From the NCBI RefSeq assembly GCF_044368995.1, contig NZ_JBIPMS010000001.1:1-56096 (forward strand): a stretch of 56,096 bases of DNA. The letters are read 5' to 3'. Shown here one piece after another: positions 47,483 to 56,096 of the stretch. The first letter of the stretch is position 1. Each line of letters begins with the position of its first letter. Under the pieces are notes generated by a model. It searched no databases. It saw only the letters and a program-made list of their open reading frames with translations, and was not told the origin of the DNA. The DNA comes from Flavobacterium sp. GTDB lineage: Bacteria; Bacteroidota; Bacteroidia; Flavobacteriales; Flavobacteriaceae. A program made the position numbers and the translations under genes.

Positions 47483-47719
47483 TTATTTCTTAGCTTCTTC
47501 GATGTAAGAAATTGCTTGACCTACAGTAGCAATGTTTTCAGCTTGGTCGTCTGGAATTTGGATGTCAAATTCTTTTTCGAATTCCATGATAAGCTCTACA
47601 GTGTCTAATGAATCAGCACCTAAATCGTTAGTGAAGCTTGCTTCTGTTACTACTTCGTTTTCGTCAACACCTAATTTGTCCACGATAATCGCTTTTACTC
47701 TTGATGCAATGTCTGACAT
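47483..47719 (-). CDS. acpP: Acyl carrier protein
   Basis: [14 protein letters not shown] phosphopantetheine site. 78 aa, acidic. Confidence 0.99.
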   Translation of the reverse strand: MSDIASRVKAIIVDKLGVDENEVVTEASFTNDLGADSLDTVELIMEFEKEFDIQIPDDQAENIATVGQAISYIEEAKK

Positions 47720-47963
47720 AATTTTTAATTTTTAATTTATTTGTTTGCAAAAATAAAAAACTTTATTTTAAAACAACATTTTTGTTAGTAAATATAACAA
47801 CGAATGTATAAAAAAAACTTAAAATACCCTAATTCTCTATGCTTTTCATTTAAAATAATTTTTAATTTCTTTTAATTTTTGCCATTAAACCTAAATGAAT
47901 TTATACTTTTGTGTGATATTTATATGATTTATTGCTTCAATAAGTTTAAAAAAACAGAATGAA

Positions 47964-48527
47964 ATGAAGAAGATTGTGCTTTTTGCTTCTGGAAACGGTT
48001 CTAATGCCGAAAATATTATGGCATATTTTGACATGTCTAATGCAGTTTCAGTTGTTGGTGTATTTTCGAACAATTCTGAAGCTAAAGTAATTGAAAGAGC
48101 TAAAAAATTTAAAATCCCAACTTTTGTTTTCAATAAAAAGGAACTTTCAGAGAATACGGTTTTAAGCCAGCTGAAGCAATTGCAACCAGATTTAATTGTG
48201 TTAGCAGGTTTTTTATTAAAGTTTCCCATTCATATTATTAACGAATTTCCAAGTAAAGTGATTAATATTCATCCAGCTTTGTTGCCTAATTATGGCGGAA
48301 AAGGCATGTTTGGCATAAACGTACACAACGCGGTATTAAAAAATAAAGAAAAAGAAACAGGAATTACTATACACTATGTAAACGAACATTTTGACGAAGG
48401 CGAATTTATTTTTCAAGCCAATGTAACTATTGAAAATTGTACAACTGCAGATGAAATCGCAAAAAAAATTCACGAATTGGAAATGGAACATTTTCCGAAA
48501 GTTATTGAGAGATTTTTAGAAGGTTAG
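47964..48527 (+). CDS. purN: Phosphoribosylglycinamide formyltransferase
   Basis: Motifs FASGNGSN, LAGFL, INIHPALLP, GITIHYV...DEG. Confidence 0.95.
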   Translation: MKKIVLFASGNGSNAENIMAYFDMSNAVSVVGVFSNNSEAKVIERAKKFKIPTFVFNKKELSENTVLSQLKQLQPDLIVLAGFLLKFPIHIINEFPSKVINIHPALLPNYGGKGMFGINVHNAVLKNKEKETGITIHYVNEHFDEGEFIFQANVTIENCTTADEIAKKIHELEMEHFPKVIERFLEG

Positions 48528-48602
48528 ACTTCATAGTTAGTCAAACCGCAATATTTTCTTAATTTCAACATCTAAAAATCTAACCTTCTAACAATCTAAT
48601 TA
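48510..48602. repeat. Inverted 8-bp-period (TTAGA/TCTAA) array spanning purN stop to rnhA start
   Basis: TTAGAAGGTTAGA (48516-48528) is the reverse complement of TCTAACCTTCTAA (48579-48591). AGATTTTTAGA (48510-48520) is the reverse complement of TCTAAAAATCT (48571-48581). Confidence 0.8.
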
Positions 48603-48609
48603 ATCAAAA

Positions 48610-49089
48610 ATGCCCTACCAAGTTCACATTTATACAGATGGCGCTGCCAAAGGAAATCCAGGCCCTGGCGGTTATGGTGTGGTAATGGAAATGGTAGGTT
48701 CGCCTTATAAAAAAGAATTTTTTGAAGGATTTAGGCATACTACTAATAACAGAATGGAATTATTAGCTGTAATTGTAGGTTTAGAAAAATTGAAAACGCC
48801 TAAAACCACTGTTTTGGTAGTTTCAGACTCTAAATATGTTGTAGATTCAGTAGAAAAAGGTTGGGTGTTTGGATGGGAGAAAAAATACTTCAAAGACAAA
48901 AAAAACCCCGATTTATGGATGCGCTTTTTAAAAATTTATAGGCAACATCAAGTGAAATTCATGTGGATTAAAGGCCATAACAACCATCCTCAAAACGAAC
49001 GCTGCGACCAATTAGCCGTGATGGCCTCGCAACAAAAAAAATTAAATATTGATACCTTTTACGAAACGGAAGAACAGAAATTGTTATAA
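48610..49089 (+). CDS. rnhA: Ribonuclease HI
   Basis: Motifs IYTDGA.KGNPGPGG, TTNNRMEL, SDSKY, KNPDLW, WIKGH, NERCDQLA. Confidence 0.97.
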   Translation: MPYQVHIYTDGAAKGNPGPGGYGVVMEMVGSPYKKEFFEGFRHTTNNRMELLAVIVGLEKLKTPKTTVLVVSDSKYVVDSVEKGWVFGWEKKYFKDKKNPDLWMRFLKIYRQHQVKFMWIKGHNNHPQNERCDQLAVMASQQKKLNIDTFYETEEQKLL

Positions 49090-49108
49090 AATACTTTTTA
49101 AACTAATT

Positions 49109-50158
49109 TTATTCTTCGTTTATAGCATTCCAGCCTCTGGCTTTTAGTTCAATTTTTGTGTTGGCACGAGTCACCAAATGCATGCCTTCGCTTTCTGCAA
49201 CCATATGACCAATAATGGTAAAATTTGGATTGTGTTTTATTTTTTCAAAATCTTCCATTTTAATGGTAAAAAGCAATTCGTAATCTTCTCCTCCATTTAA
49301 GGCAATAGTTGTAATATCTACATTAAATTCTTCACACACATTAATTAATTGTGGATCTACCGGAATTTTTTCTTCATATACATTACACCCTAATTTACTT
49401 TGCTTACAAATGTGCATAATTTCAGAGGACAATCCGTCTGAAATATCAATCATAGCTGTGGGTTTTACTTCTAATTTTTCCAATAATTCTTTCACGTCAT
49501 TTCTAGCTTCTGGCTTCAATTGACGTTCAATTAAATAAGTATAATCGTCTAAAACAGGTTGGTTGTTTGGGTTGACTTGAAACACTTGTTTTTCTCTTTC
49601 CAAAACTTGTAACCCCATATAAGCCGCGCCTAAATCGCCAGAAACAACCAATAAATCAGTTTGTTGTGCGCCATTTCGGTAGGTAATTTCTTCTAAATTC
49701 GACTCGCCAATAGCCGTAATACTAATAATTAATCCTTTTTGAGAAGAGGTGGTGTCGCCACCAATTACATCTACATTATAAGCGTTGGCTGCTAAAGTAA
49801 TTCCTGCAAAAAGTTCTTCCATAGCTTCTAACGGAAAACGATTAGAAACCGCCACCGAAATGGCAACCTGTGTTGGCACTGCATTCATCGCACAGATGTC
49901 TGAAATAGTAGACACAATTGCTTTGTATCCCAAATGTTTTAAAGGCATGTAACTTAAATCAAAATGTACGCCTTCTACTAATAAATCGGTAGAAATTACT
50001 ACTTTTTTGTCTTTAAAATCTAAAACAGCGGCATCGTCACCAATACTTTTAAGCGTACTTTCTTGATTAATTTTGAAATGTTTGGTTAAATGTTCAATTA
50101 ATCCGAATTCACCTAAACTGGCAATGCTCGTTGTTTTTTGATCTTTATTTTCTAACAT
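49109..50158 (-). CDS. thiL: Thiamine-monophosphate kinase
   Basis: Motifs GEFGLI, IGDDAAV, EGVHF, SDICAM, GGDT, DISDGL, GGEDYEL. TATCTTTG promoter at 50175-50182 (minus). Confidence 0.96.
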   Translation of the reverse strand: MLENKDQKTTSIASLGEFGLIEHLTKHFKINQESTLKSIGDDAAVLDFKDKKVVISTDLLVEGVHFDLSYMPLKHLGYKAIVSTISDICAMNAVPTQVAISVAVSNRFPLEAMEELFAGITLAANAYNVDVIGGDTTSSQKGLIISITAIGESNLEEITYRNGAQQTDLLVVSGDLGAAYMGLQVLEREKQVFQVNPNNQPVLDDYTYLIERQLKPEARNDVKELLEKLEVKPTAMIDISDGLSSEIMHICKQSKLGCNVYEEKIPVDPQLINVCEEFNVDITTIALNGGEDYELLFTIKMEDFEKIKHNPNFTIIGHMVAESEGMHLVTRANTKIELKARGWNAINEE

Positions 50159-50189
50159 GATGGATTATTTTTTGCAAAGATAGGAAATT

Positions 50190-50277
50190 AATGCGCCAAT
50201 TGATTAATGTGTCAATGTGCCAATTAGATAATTATTCTTAATGGCAAATTGAAAATTGGCTAATTATCTAGTTGCTT
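50190..50277. repeat. Inverted 8-bp-period array overlapping recX stop
   Basis: AATGCGCC AATTGATT AATGTGTC AATGTGCC AATTAGAT AATTATTC ... AATTGGCT AATTATCT. CAATTAGATAATTA (50221-50234) and TAATTATCTAGTTG (50261-50274) form a 13/14 inverted match. Confidence 0.8.
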
Positions 50278-50739
50278 AAGTTTTTCAAAAATCAAACTGG
50301 TTTCGTATCCTTTTCGGAGTAAAAAATCTACAAATTTTTTATTTTTCTTTTGTCCTTTTCGTTCCTTAATTGCGTTCCAATTTTTTTCTGCAAGGGCATG
50401 AAAATTAGCCAAATAAATATCGTTTGGTAGTTCCAATAAAGCTAAATCGATGTTTCTTTTGGAGATATCTCTAAATTTTAATTCTTGAACAATTCGGTTT
50501 TTACCCCAACCTTTATAATTGTGTTTTCCTCTTGTGAAACTTTTAGAAAAACGTTCCTCATCGATATATTTATTTTCGATAAGATGTACAATAATTTGTT
50601 CCTTTAATTCCGGAAGTAAGGTAAAACTTCGTAATTTTTGTTCCACTTCTTTATGACAACGATCTTGGTAAGAGCAGTAATACTCTAATTTGCTGATGAT
50701 TTCGTTGGTTGTAAGTGTGGTTTTTTTTGGAGATTCCAA
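50260..50739 (-). CDS. recX: Regulatory protein RecX
   Basis: 'YCSYQDRC..EV..KL', 'YIDEERF', 'WGKNRI..EL', 'FLLRKGY'. TTG start is uncertain. Confidence 0.9.
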   Translation of the reverse strand: MESPKKTTLTTNEIISKLEYYCSYQDRCHKEVEQKLRSFTLLPELKEQIIVHLIENKYIDEERFSKSFTRGKHNYKGWGKNRIVQELKFRDISKRNIDLALLELPNDIYLANFHALAEKNWNAIKERKGQKKNKKFVDFLLRKGYETSLIFEKLKQLDN

Positions 50740-50908
50740 ATTTGTAAAACGATAAATTAATAGTCATTCAAAATTACTATAAAAAATAACTTTTACAAAA
50801 GTATAAATGGGATTCTTTTAACGAAATATTTTTATTACTAAAATTAGTCTAACATTTTTAATCTTCAAACGGAATAACTATCTTTGCAGCTTATTAAAAT
50901 CAAAGTAA

Positions 50909-51832
50909 ATGAGTAAATTATTAATTGTAGGAACGGTAGCATTTGATGCCATTGAAACACCTTTTGGAAAAACAGATAAAATTTTAGGCGGCGCAGCAAC
51001 ATATATTGGTTTATCGGCTTCTTTTTTTAATGTTGACGCTGCAATAGTTTCTGTTGTAGGGGAAGATTTTCCTCAAGTACATTTAGATTTATTATCAGAA
51101 AGAAATATAAACATTGAAGGAATTGAAATTGTAAAAGGCGGAAAAACCTTCTTTTGGAGTGGAAAATACCATAATGATATGAATTCTCGTGATACATTGG
51201 CTACTGAGTTAAATGTATTAGCAGATTTTAATCCAGTAGTGCCACAAGCATATAAAGACGCATCGGTTGTTATGTTGGGTAATTTACACCCAATTGTACA
51301 ATCGTCCGTTTTAAATCAAATGACAACCCAACCAAAATTAGTAGTTTTAGATACTATGAACTTTTGGATGGATTGTGCTTTACCAGAATTATTAGAAGTT
51401 ATAAAACGTGTAGACGTGATTACCATCAACGATGAAGAAGCCCGTCAATTATCTGGAGAATATTCTTTAGTAAAAGCCGCAGCAAAAATTCATACCATGG
51501 GGCCTAAGTACGTTGTGATTAAAAAAGGGGAACACGGAGCATTAATTTTCCATAATAAAGATGTTTTCTTTGCACCAGCTTTACCTTTAGAAGAGGTTTT
51601 TGATCCAACAGGAGCAGGCGATACATTTGCTGGAGGATTTTCAGGATATCTTTCGCAATCGGAAGACATATCTTTTGAAAATATGAAAAACGCTATTATT
51701 CATGGTTCAAATTTGGCTTCTTTCTGTGTAGAAAAATTTGGAACCGAAAGAATGGTAAACTTAAACAAAGAAGAAGTTTATGCTCGTTTACAACAATTTA
51801 AAGCGTTAACACAATTTGATATCCAATTATAA
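50909..51832 (+). CDS. PfkB family carbohydrate/nucleoside kinase
   Basis: Motifs LGGAA, INDEEA, KKGEHG, DPTGAGDTFAGG. TATCTTTG promoter at 50879-50886. Confidence 0.93.
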   Translation: MSKLLIVGTVAFDAIETPFGKTDKILGGAATYIGLSASFFNVDAAIVSVVGEDFPQVHLDLLSERNINIEGIEIVKGGKTFFWSGKYHNDMNSRDTLATELNVLADFNPVVPQAYKDASVVMLGNLHPIVQSSVLNQMTTQPKLVVLDTMNFWMDCALPELLEVIKRVDVITINDEEARQLSGEYSLVKAAAKIHTMGPKYVVIKKGEHGALIFHNKDVFFAPALPLEEVFDPTGAGDTFAGGFSGYLSQSEDISFENMKNAIIHGSNLASFCVEKFGTERMVNLNKEEVYARLQQFKALTQFDIQL

Positions 51833-51841
51833 GACCAAACT

Positions 51842-51867
51842 ATGCCTCGAAATTTCGGGGCATTTTT
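51842..51867 (+). terminator. Intrinsic terminator
   Basis: ATGCCTCGA-AATT-TCGGGGCATTTTT. Confidence 0.7.
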
Positions 51868-51924
51868 AATAGAAAATTATATAAATCCGTTTAGGTATTA
51901 CATTTAGAATAAACACCAACAACT

Positions 51925-53823
51925 ATGAGCGACGCTATTAAACACGAATGTGGAATTGCCTTACTTAGACTTTTAAAACCATTAGAATACTATAGAGAAA
52001 AATATGGTACGGCTTTTTACGGGGTAGAAAAAATGTACCTTTTAATGGAAAAACAACACAATCGCGGACAAGATGGTGCAGGTTTTGCCAGTATTAAATT
52101 AGATGTAGAACCAGGTCAAAGATATATTAGTAGAATTCGGTCTAATCAAGCACAACCTATTCAGGATATTTTCGGACAAATAAACACCAGAATTTCAGAG
52201 GAATTAGCTAAAAATCCGTCGTATCAAAATAATGTAGCGTTGCAAAAAGAAAACATTCCATATGTAGGCGAATTGTTTTTAGGTCACGTTCGATATGGAA
52301 CTTTTGGAAAAAATAGCATCGAAAGTGTGCATCCTTTTTTACGTCAAAACAATTGGATGCACAGAAATTTATTAGTTGCTGGAAATTTTAATATGACCAA
52401 TGTTAAAGAATTATTTCAAGATTTAGTAGATGTGGGACAACATCCAAAACTACTAGCTGATACGGTAACAGTTATGGAAAAAATCGGTCATTTTTTAGAT
52501 GATGAAATCACACAATTATATTTGGATTGCAAAAACGAAGGACTGACTAAATTGGAAGCATCACCCGTAATTGTAGAGCGATTAAATATTGGAAGAATTT
52601 TAAAAAGAGCCTCTAAAAACTTTGATGGCGGCTACGCTATGGCAGGACTTTTAGGCCACGGAGATGCTTTTGTGGTTAGAGATCCAAACGGAATTCGACC
52701 AGCCTATTATTATCATGATGATGAAATTGTAGTAGTAGCTTCAGAACGTCCAGTAATTCAAACTGTTTTTAATGTAGCCTTTGAGGATGTGAAAGAATTA
52801 GAAGCTGGAGATGCCATTATTGTTAAGAAAAACGGAAATGTACTTTTCGAAAACATTAGAGAATGTACGGATAAAAAAGCCTGTTCCTTCGAAAGAATTT
52901 ATTTTTCTCGCGGAAGCGATGCCGAAATATATCAAGAAAGAAAATTATTAGGAAAATATGTTTTTCCAAGTGTGTTGAAAGAAATTGAAAACGACATTCA
53001 TAATTCGGTATTTTCATTTATACCAAACACAGCAGAAACATCATTTTATGGTATGGCTGAAGCCGCACAAAAATTCTTAGACGAACAAAAAGTTAAGGAT
53101 ATTATTGCGCAAAAAGACACTTTAAATGAAAAAGGGTTAAATGAAATTTTAGCCGAAAAAGTTCGCACTGAAAAAATAGCCATTAAAGATGTCAAACTTC
53201 GTACTTTTATTACGGAAGACAGTAGTAGAGATGAAATGGTTGCACATGTTTACGACATCACTTACGGTGTAGTAAAACCAACAGATAATCTGGTAATTAT
53301 TGACGACAGTATTGTTCGTGGTACTACATTAAAACAAAGTATCATTAAAATTTTAGACCGATTACATCCTAAGAAAATTGTAGTAGTTTCTTCGGCTCCT
53401 CAAATTAGATATCCTGATTGTTATGGAATTGATATGAGTACATTAGAAGGTTTTATCGCTTTTAAAGCGGCATTGGAACTTTTAAAGGAAACCAATCAGT
53501 ATAAAATTGTAGAAGACGTTTATAAAAAATGTAAAGCACAGCAAGGCCTTAAAGACAATGAAGTGGTCAATCATGTAAAAGAAATTTACAATCCGTTTAC
53601 AGAGGAACAAATTTCAGATAAAATGGCTCAAATGCTAACTACTAGTGAAGTGAAAGCAAAAGTGAAAATTATTTTTCAAAAAGTTGAAGATTTACACAAA
53701 GCGTGTCCTAAAAATTTAGGCGATTGGTATTTTACTGGAAATTATCCAACACCTGGAGGAAACCGTGTTGTAAATACCGCTTTTATTAACTTTTATGAAG
53801 GAAATGGAGCACGTGCTTATTAA
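51925..53823 (+). CDS. purF: Amidophosphoribosyltransferase (Bacteroidetes long form)
   Basis: Propeptide MSDAIKHE before the catalytic Cys (CGI), then HNRGQDGAG, GHVRYGT and IIDDSIVRGTT (PRPP loop). Confidence 0.93.
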   Translation: MSDAIKHECGIALLRLLKPLEYYREKYGTAFYGVEKMYLLMEKQHNRGQDGAGFASIKLDVEPGQRYISRIRSNQAQPIQDIFGQINTRISEELAKNPSYQNNVALQKENIPYVGELFLGHVRYGTFGKNSIESVHPFLRQNNWMHRNLLVAGNFNMTNVKELFQDLVDVGQHPKLLADTVTVMEKIGHFLDDEITQLYLDCKNEGLTKLEASPVIVERLNIGRILKRASKNFDGGYAMAGLLGHGDAFVVRDPNGIRPAYYYHDDEIVVVASERPVIQTVFNVAFEDVKELEAGDAIIVKKNGNVLFENIRECTDKKACSFERIYFSRGSDAEIYQERKLLGKYVFPSVLKEIENDIHNSVFSFIPNTAETSFYGMAEAAQKFLDEQKVKDIIAQKDTLNEKGLNEILAEKVRTEKIAIKDVKLRTFITEDSSRDEMVAHVYDITYGVVKPTDNLVIIDDSIVRGTTLKQSIIKILDRLHPKKIVVVSSAPQIRYPDCYGIDMSTLEGFIAFKAALELLKETNQYKIVEDVYKKCKAQQGLKDNEVVNHVKEIYNPFTEEQISDKMAQMLTTSEVKAKVKIIFQKVEDLHKACPKNLGDWYFTGNYPTPGGNRVVNTAFINFYEGNGARAY

Positions 53824-53899
53824 AAAAGCGCATTTCATCGAAAATATTAACCATACAACAATTATTTTATTTTAATGAAATAACTTACTATACTTTTAA

Positions 53900-53980
53900 C
53901 TCACCAGAAAATTAGTAGGTTAAGTTTTATGGTAGATTTGGGGCAAAAAGGGTGAAACGAAAGTTTCGCCTTTTTTATTT
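53900..53980 (+). ncRNA. Candidate ~80-nt small RNA downstream of purF
   Basis: A promoter-like TACTTTTA at 53891-53898 is followed by a G-rich structured segment and the hairpin GGTGAAAC-GAAA-GTTTCGCC-TTTTTT. Confidence 0.4.
53946..53976 (+). terminator. GNRA-capped intrinsic terminator
   Basis: AAAAGGGTGAAAC-GAAA-GTTTCGCCTTTTTT. Confidence 0.85.
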
Positions 53981-54071
53981 TATATAGTTTCCAGTGAAAT
54001 CTTTTTTATTTCTTTACTTTTTGTTTTTGAATTTACTAAATTCGCTAATGGAAACTTAAATTTTCCTAAAA

Positions 54072-54698
54072 ATGAAAAACACACTCCAAAACACGTATAA
54101 TTTTATTTTTGAAGAAAATTTGATCAACGAAATTTTAGAGGTTTCTAAAATTCATGATTTTAAAGAAGGCGATATTATTATAGACTTTAATGAAAACATT
54201 AAAAATATGCCATTAATGTTGAACGGAGCCATTAAAATATTACGTGAAGATTTTGACGAAGGGGAATTACTTTTATATTTTATAGAAAAAGGGGATACTT
54301 GTGCCATGTCTATGCAGTGCTGCTTAGGAAATGCTAAAAGTGAAATTCGCGCCATTGCAGAAACTGACGGACAACTAATTTTAATTCCAGTAGCTAAAAT
54401 GAACGAATGGCTCGGAAAATATGCCACTTGGAGAAATTTTGTATTTAACAGCTATAACAATCGATTGAAAGAAATGCTAACCACAATTGATCATTTAGCA
54501 TTTATGAATATGGACGAAAGAGTATTAAATTATCTTTTAGAAAAATCTAAAATTAATACGTCCAACCAAATTAATAAAACTCATCAAGAAATTGCTTACG
54601 ATTTAAATACGTCAAGAGTCGTAATTTCTCGAATTTTAAAAGCTTTAGAAAACAAAGGAAAAATTAAATTGAATAGAGCGTATATTGAGTTGTTGTAG
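54072..54698 (+). CDS. Crp/Fnr family transcriptional regulator
   Basis: cNMP-binding-like domain (GAIKI...GELLLYFI..GDTCAMS) and HTH 'THQEIAYDLNTSRVVISRILK'. Confidence 0.93.
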   Translation: MKNTLQNTYNFIFEENLINEILEVSKIHDFKEGDIIIDFNENIKNMPLMLNGAIKILREDFDEGELLLYFIEKGDTCAMSMQCCLGNAKSEIRAIAETDGQLILIPVAKMNEWLGKYATWRNFVFNSYNNRLKEMLTTIDHLAFMNMDERVLNYLLEKSKINTSNQINKTHQEIAYDLNTSRVVISRILKALENKGKIKLNRAYIELL

Positions 54699-54713
54699 AT
54701 AATTTCACACCTC

Positions 54714-54758
54714 TGTAACACTTGTTACTGTACACTATTTTTTATGCGTTTACATTTG
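54714..54758 (+). promoter_or_regulatory. Crp/Fnr-like palindrome plus -7 promoter of TolC operon
   Basis: GTAACA-CT-TGTTAC (54715-54728), centred about 41 nt before the start site expected from TACATTTG (54751-54758). Confidence 0.65.
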
Positions 54759-54778
54759 CCTCATAATTAATTAGAATT

Positions 54779-56092
54779 ATGAGAAAATTTAAACAAACTA
54801 TTCTTATTTCAACTTTATTGTTTTCAGTTTTTGGCTTGGCGCAAGACACACTTCCCGTTTCTAAAAACGATATTTCTAAAAAAATATTAGAAAATAATTT
54901 ACAAGTTAAAATTGCTGAAAAAAACTATCAATCAGCAAAAGCAGATTACAACCAATCTAAAGCGGTTTTTTTGCCAAATATTAATGTTTCACATACTGGA
55001 ATTTCAACTACAAATCCTTTAATGGCTTTTGGTTCTAAATTAAACCAGGAAATTTTAACTGCTTCTGATTTTAATCCAGCTTTATTAAACGATCCTGCAA
55101 AAACACAAAATTTTGCTACGAAATTTGAAATTCAACAACCGTTAATTAATGTTGATGGTTTGTATGGAAGACAAGCTGCTAAATCCAAAATGGAGGCGTT
55201 TCAACTACAAACCGAACGCACCAAAGAATACCTTGAATTAGAGGTTTCAAAAGCATATATGCAATTGCAATTGGCCTATAAAGCAGTAAAAGTTTTAGAA
55301 AAAGCAAATACAACCGGAAAAGCCAATTTGAAATTAGTAGAAAATTATTTCAAACAAGGCATGCTACAAAAAACCGATTTGTTAAACGTGCAAGTTCGTG
55401 TAAATGAAATTGCCAATCAGTTGCAATATGCAAAAAGTAATGTGCAAAATGCTTCAGATTATTTAGGGTTTTTAATAAACGAAGACACGCAAGGTAAAGT
55501 CTATAAACCAACAGAAGCGTTGGAAAATACAATTTCCATCGAAGCAATAAATACTACTTTATCTGAGAATAGAAAAGACATTCAAGCGATGCACAAATCT
55601 TCGGAAGCGTATGCAAAAATGTTACAATCTTCAAAAATGACGTTTTTACCAAGATTAAATGCTTTTGGAAGTTATGAAATGTACGACGCAACCATTTTAG
55701 GAACATCGGCAAAAGGCTATTTAGTTGGCGCCCAATTATCTTGGAATGTTTTTGATGGTAATAAAACTGTTGGGAAATATCAGAAAGCTAAGGCAGAATC
55801 TCAAAAAGCCGATGTAGAAAAAGACCAATATACCAAGCAAAGTCAACTGGAATTAAACAAAACCAATCGCCAATTAAAAGACGCAGAAAACAAAGTGAAT
55901 TTATCGCAATTAGCTTTCGAACAATCGCAAGAAGCGTATAGAATTCGTCAAAACAGATTTGCACAAGGGTTAGAAAAAACTACTGATTTATTGCAATCTG
56001 AAACACAAATGATTCAAAAAGAATTAGAGCAATTACAAGCGGTTTTTGAATATAATTTTACTAAACAATATTTACAGTTTTTAACGAAGTAA
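54779..56092 (+). CDS. TolC family outer membrane efflux protein
   Basis: Signal peptide and two OEP-like helical repeats ('NNLQVK...FLPNI', 'FLPRL...LSWNVFDG', 'G....TDLL'). Confidence 0.92.
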   Translation: MRKFKQTILISTLLFSVFGLAQDTLPVSKNDISKKILENNLQVKIAEKNYQSAKADYNQSKAVFLPNINVSHTGISTTNPLMAFGSKLNQEILTASDFNPALLNDPAKTQNFATKFEIQQPLINVDGLYGRQAAKSKMEAFQLQTERTKEYLELEVSKAYMQLQLAYKAVKVLEKANTTGKANLKLVENYFKQGMLQKTDLLNVQVRVNEIANQLQYAKSNVQNASDYLGFLINEDTQGKVYKPTEALENTISIEAINTTLSENRKDIQAMHKSSEAYAKMLQSSKMTFLPRLNAFGSYEMYDATILGTSAKGYLVGAQLSWNVFDGNKTVGKYQKAKAESQKADVEKDQYTKQSQLELNKTNRQLKDAENKVNLSQLAFEQSQEAYRIRQNRFAQGLEKTTDLLQSETQMIQKELEQLQAVFEYNFTKQYLQFLTK

Positions 56093-56096
56093 ATTT

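Noticed and set aside
46054-48229. Antisense ORFs over fabF, acpP and purN, and similar 60-110-aa antisense ORFs elsewhere
   Set aside because: They lie opposite well-supported housekeeping genes and are typical reverse-frame artefacts.
50159-50260. TPP riboswitch upstream of thiL
   Set aside because: No CUGAGA core is present, and the promoter sits about 17 nt from the ATG, leaving no room.
54046-54058. AAATTCGCTAAT near the Crp/Fnr gene as another copy of the four-helix repeat arm
   Set aside because: It is a single non-periodic match, better explained as a TAAATTCG variant of the -7 promoter element.

Overview
AT-rich Bacteroidota DNA, most like Flavobacterium: TAnnTTTG -7 promoters, A-rich translation starts without Shine-Dalgarno motifs, and T9SS cargo genes. 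Most of the window is housekeeping backbone: pheS, class I fumarate hydratase, pgi, uvrC, dinB, lepA, pyk, rnc-fabF-acpP, purN, rnhA, thiL, recX and purF. It also holds an aromatic amino-acid catabolism neighbourhood (APC permease, hmgA, hppD, kynA), two T9SS-secreted proteins and a TonB-dependent receptor. Accessory or unexplained elements: (1) a 5'-truncated giant (>1600 aa) collagen/tail-fibre-like protein with two perfect Lys/Arg-free Gly-X-Y tracts; (2) a RAYT-like HUH tyrosine transposase flanked by inverted REP-like palindromes; (3) a four-helix-bundle (IVS/Avd-family) gene between hmgA and hppD, inside a perfect 14-bp inverted repeat built from an 8-bp periodic array; (4) at least six further gene-less 7- or 8-bp-period arrays or hairpins lying on stop codons or against start codons, one apparently translated as a signal peptide; (5) two promoter-to-terminator sRNA candidates and a possibly leaderless 20-codon uORF before hmgA. 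The best candidate for an undescribed system is (3) plus (4). No rRNA, tRNA, CRISPR array or reverse transcriptase was seen. All family calls come from motif recognition by eye, not database searches.
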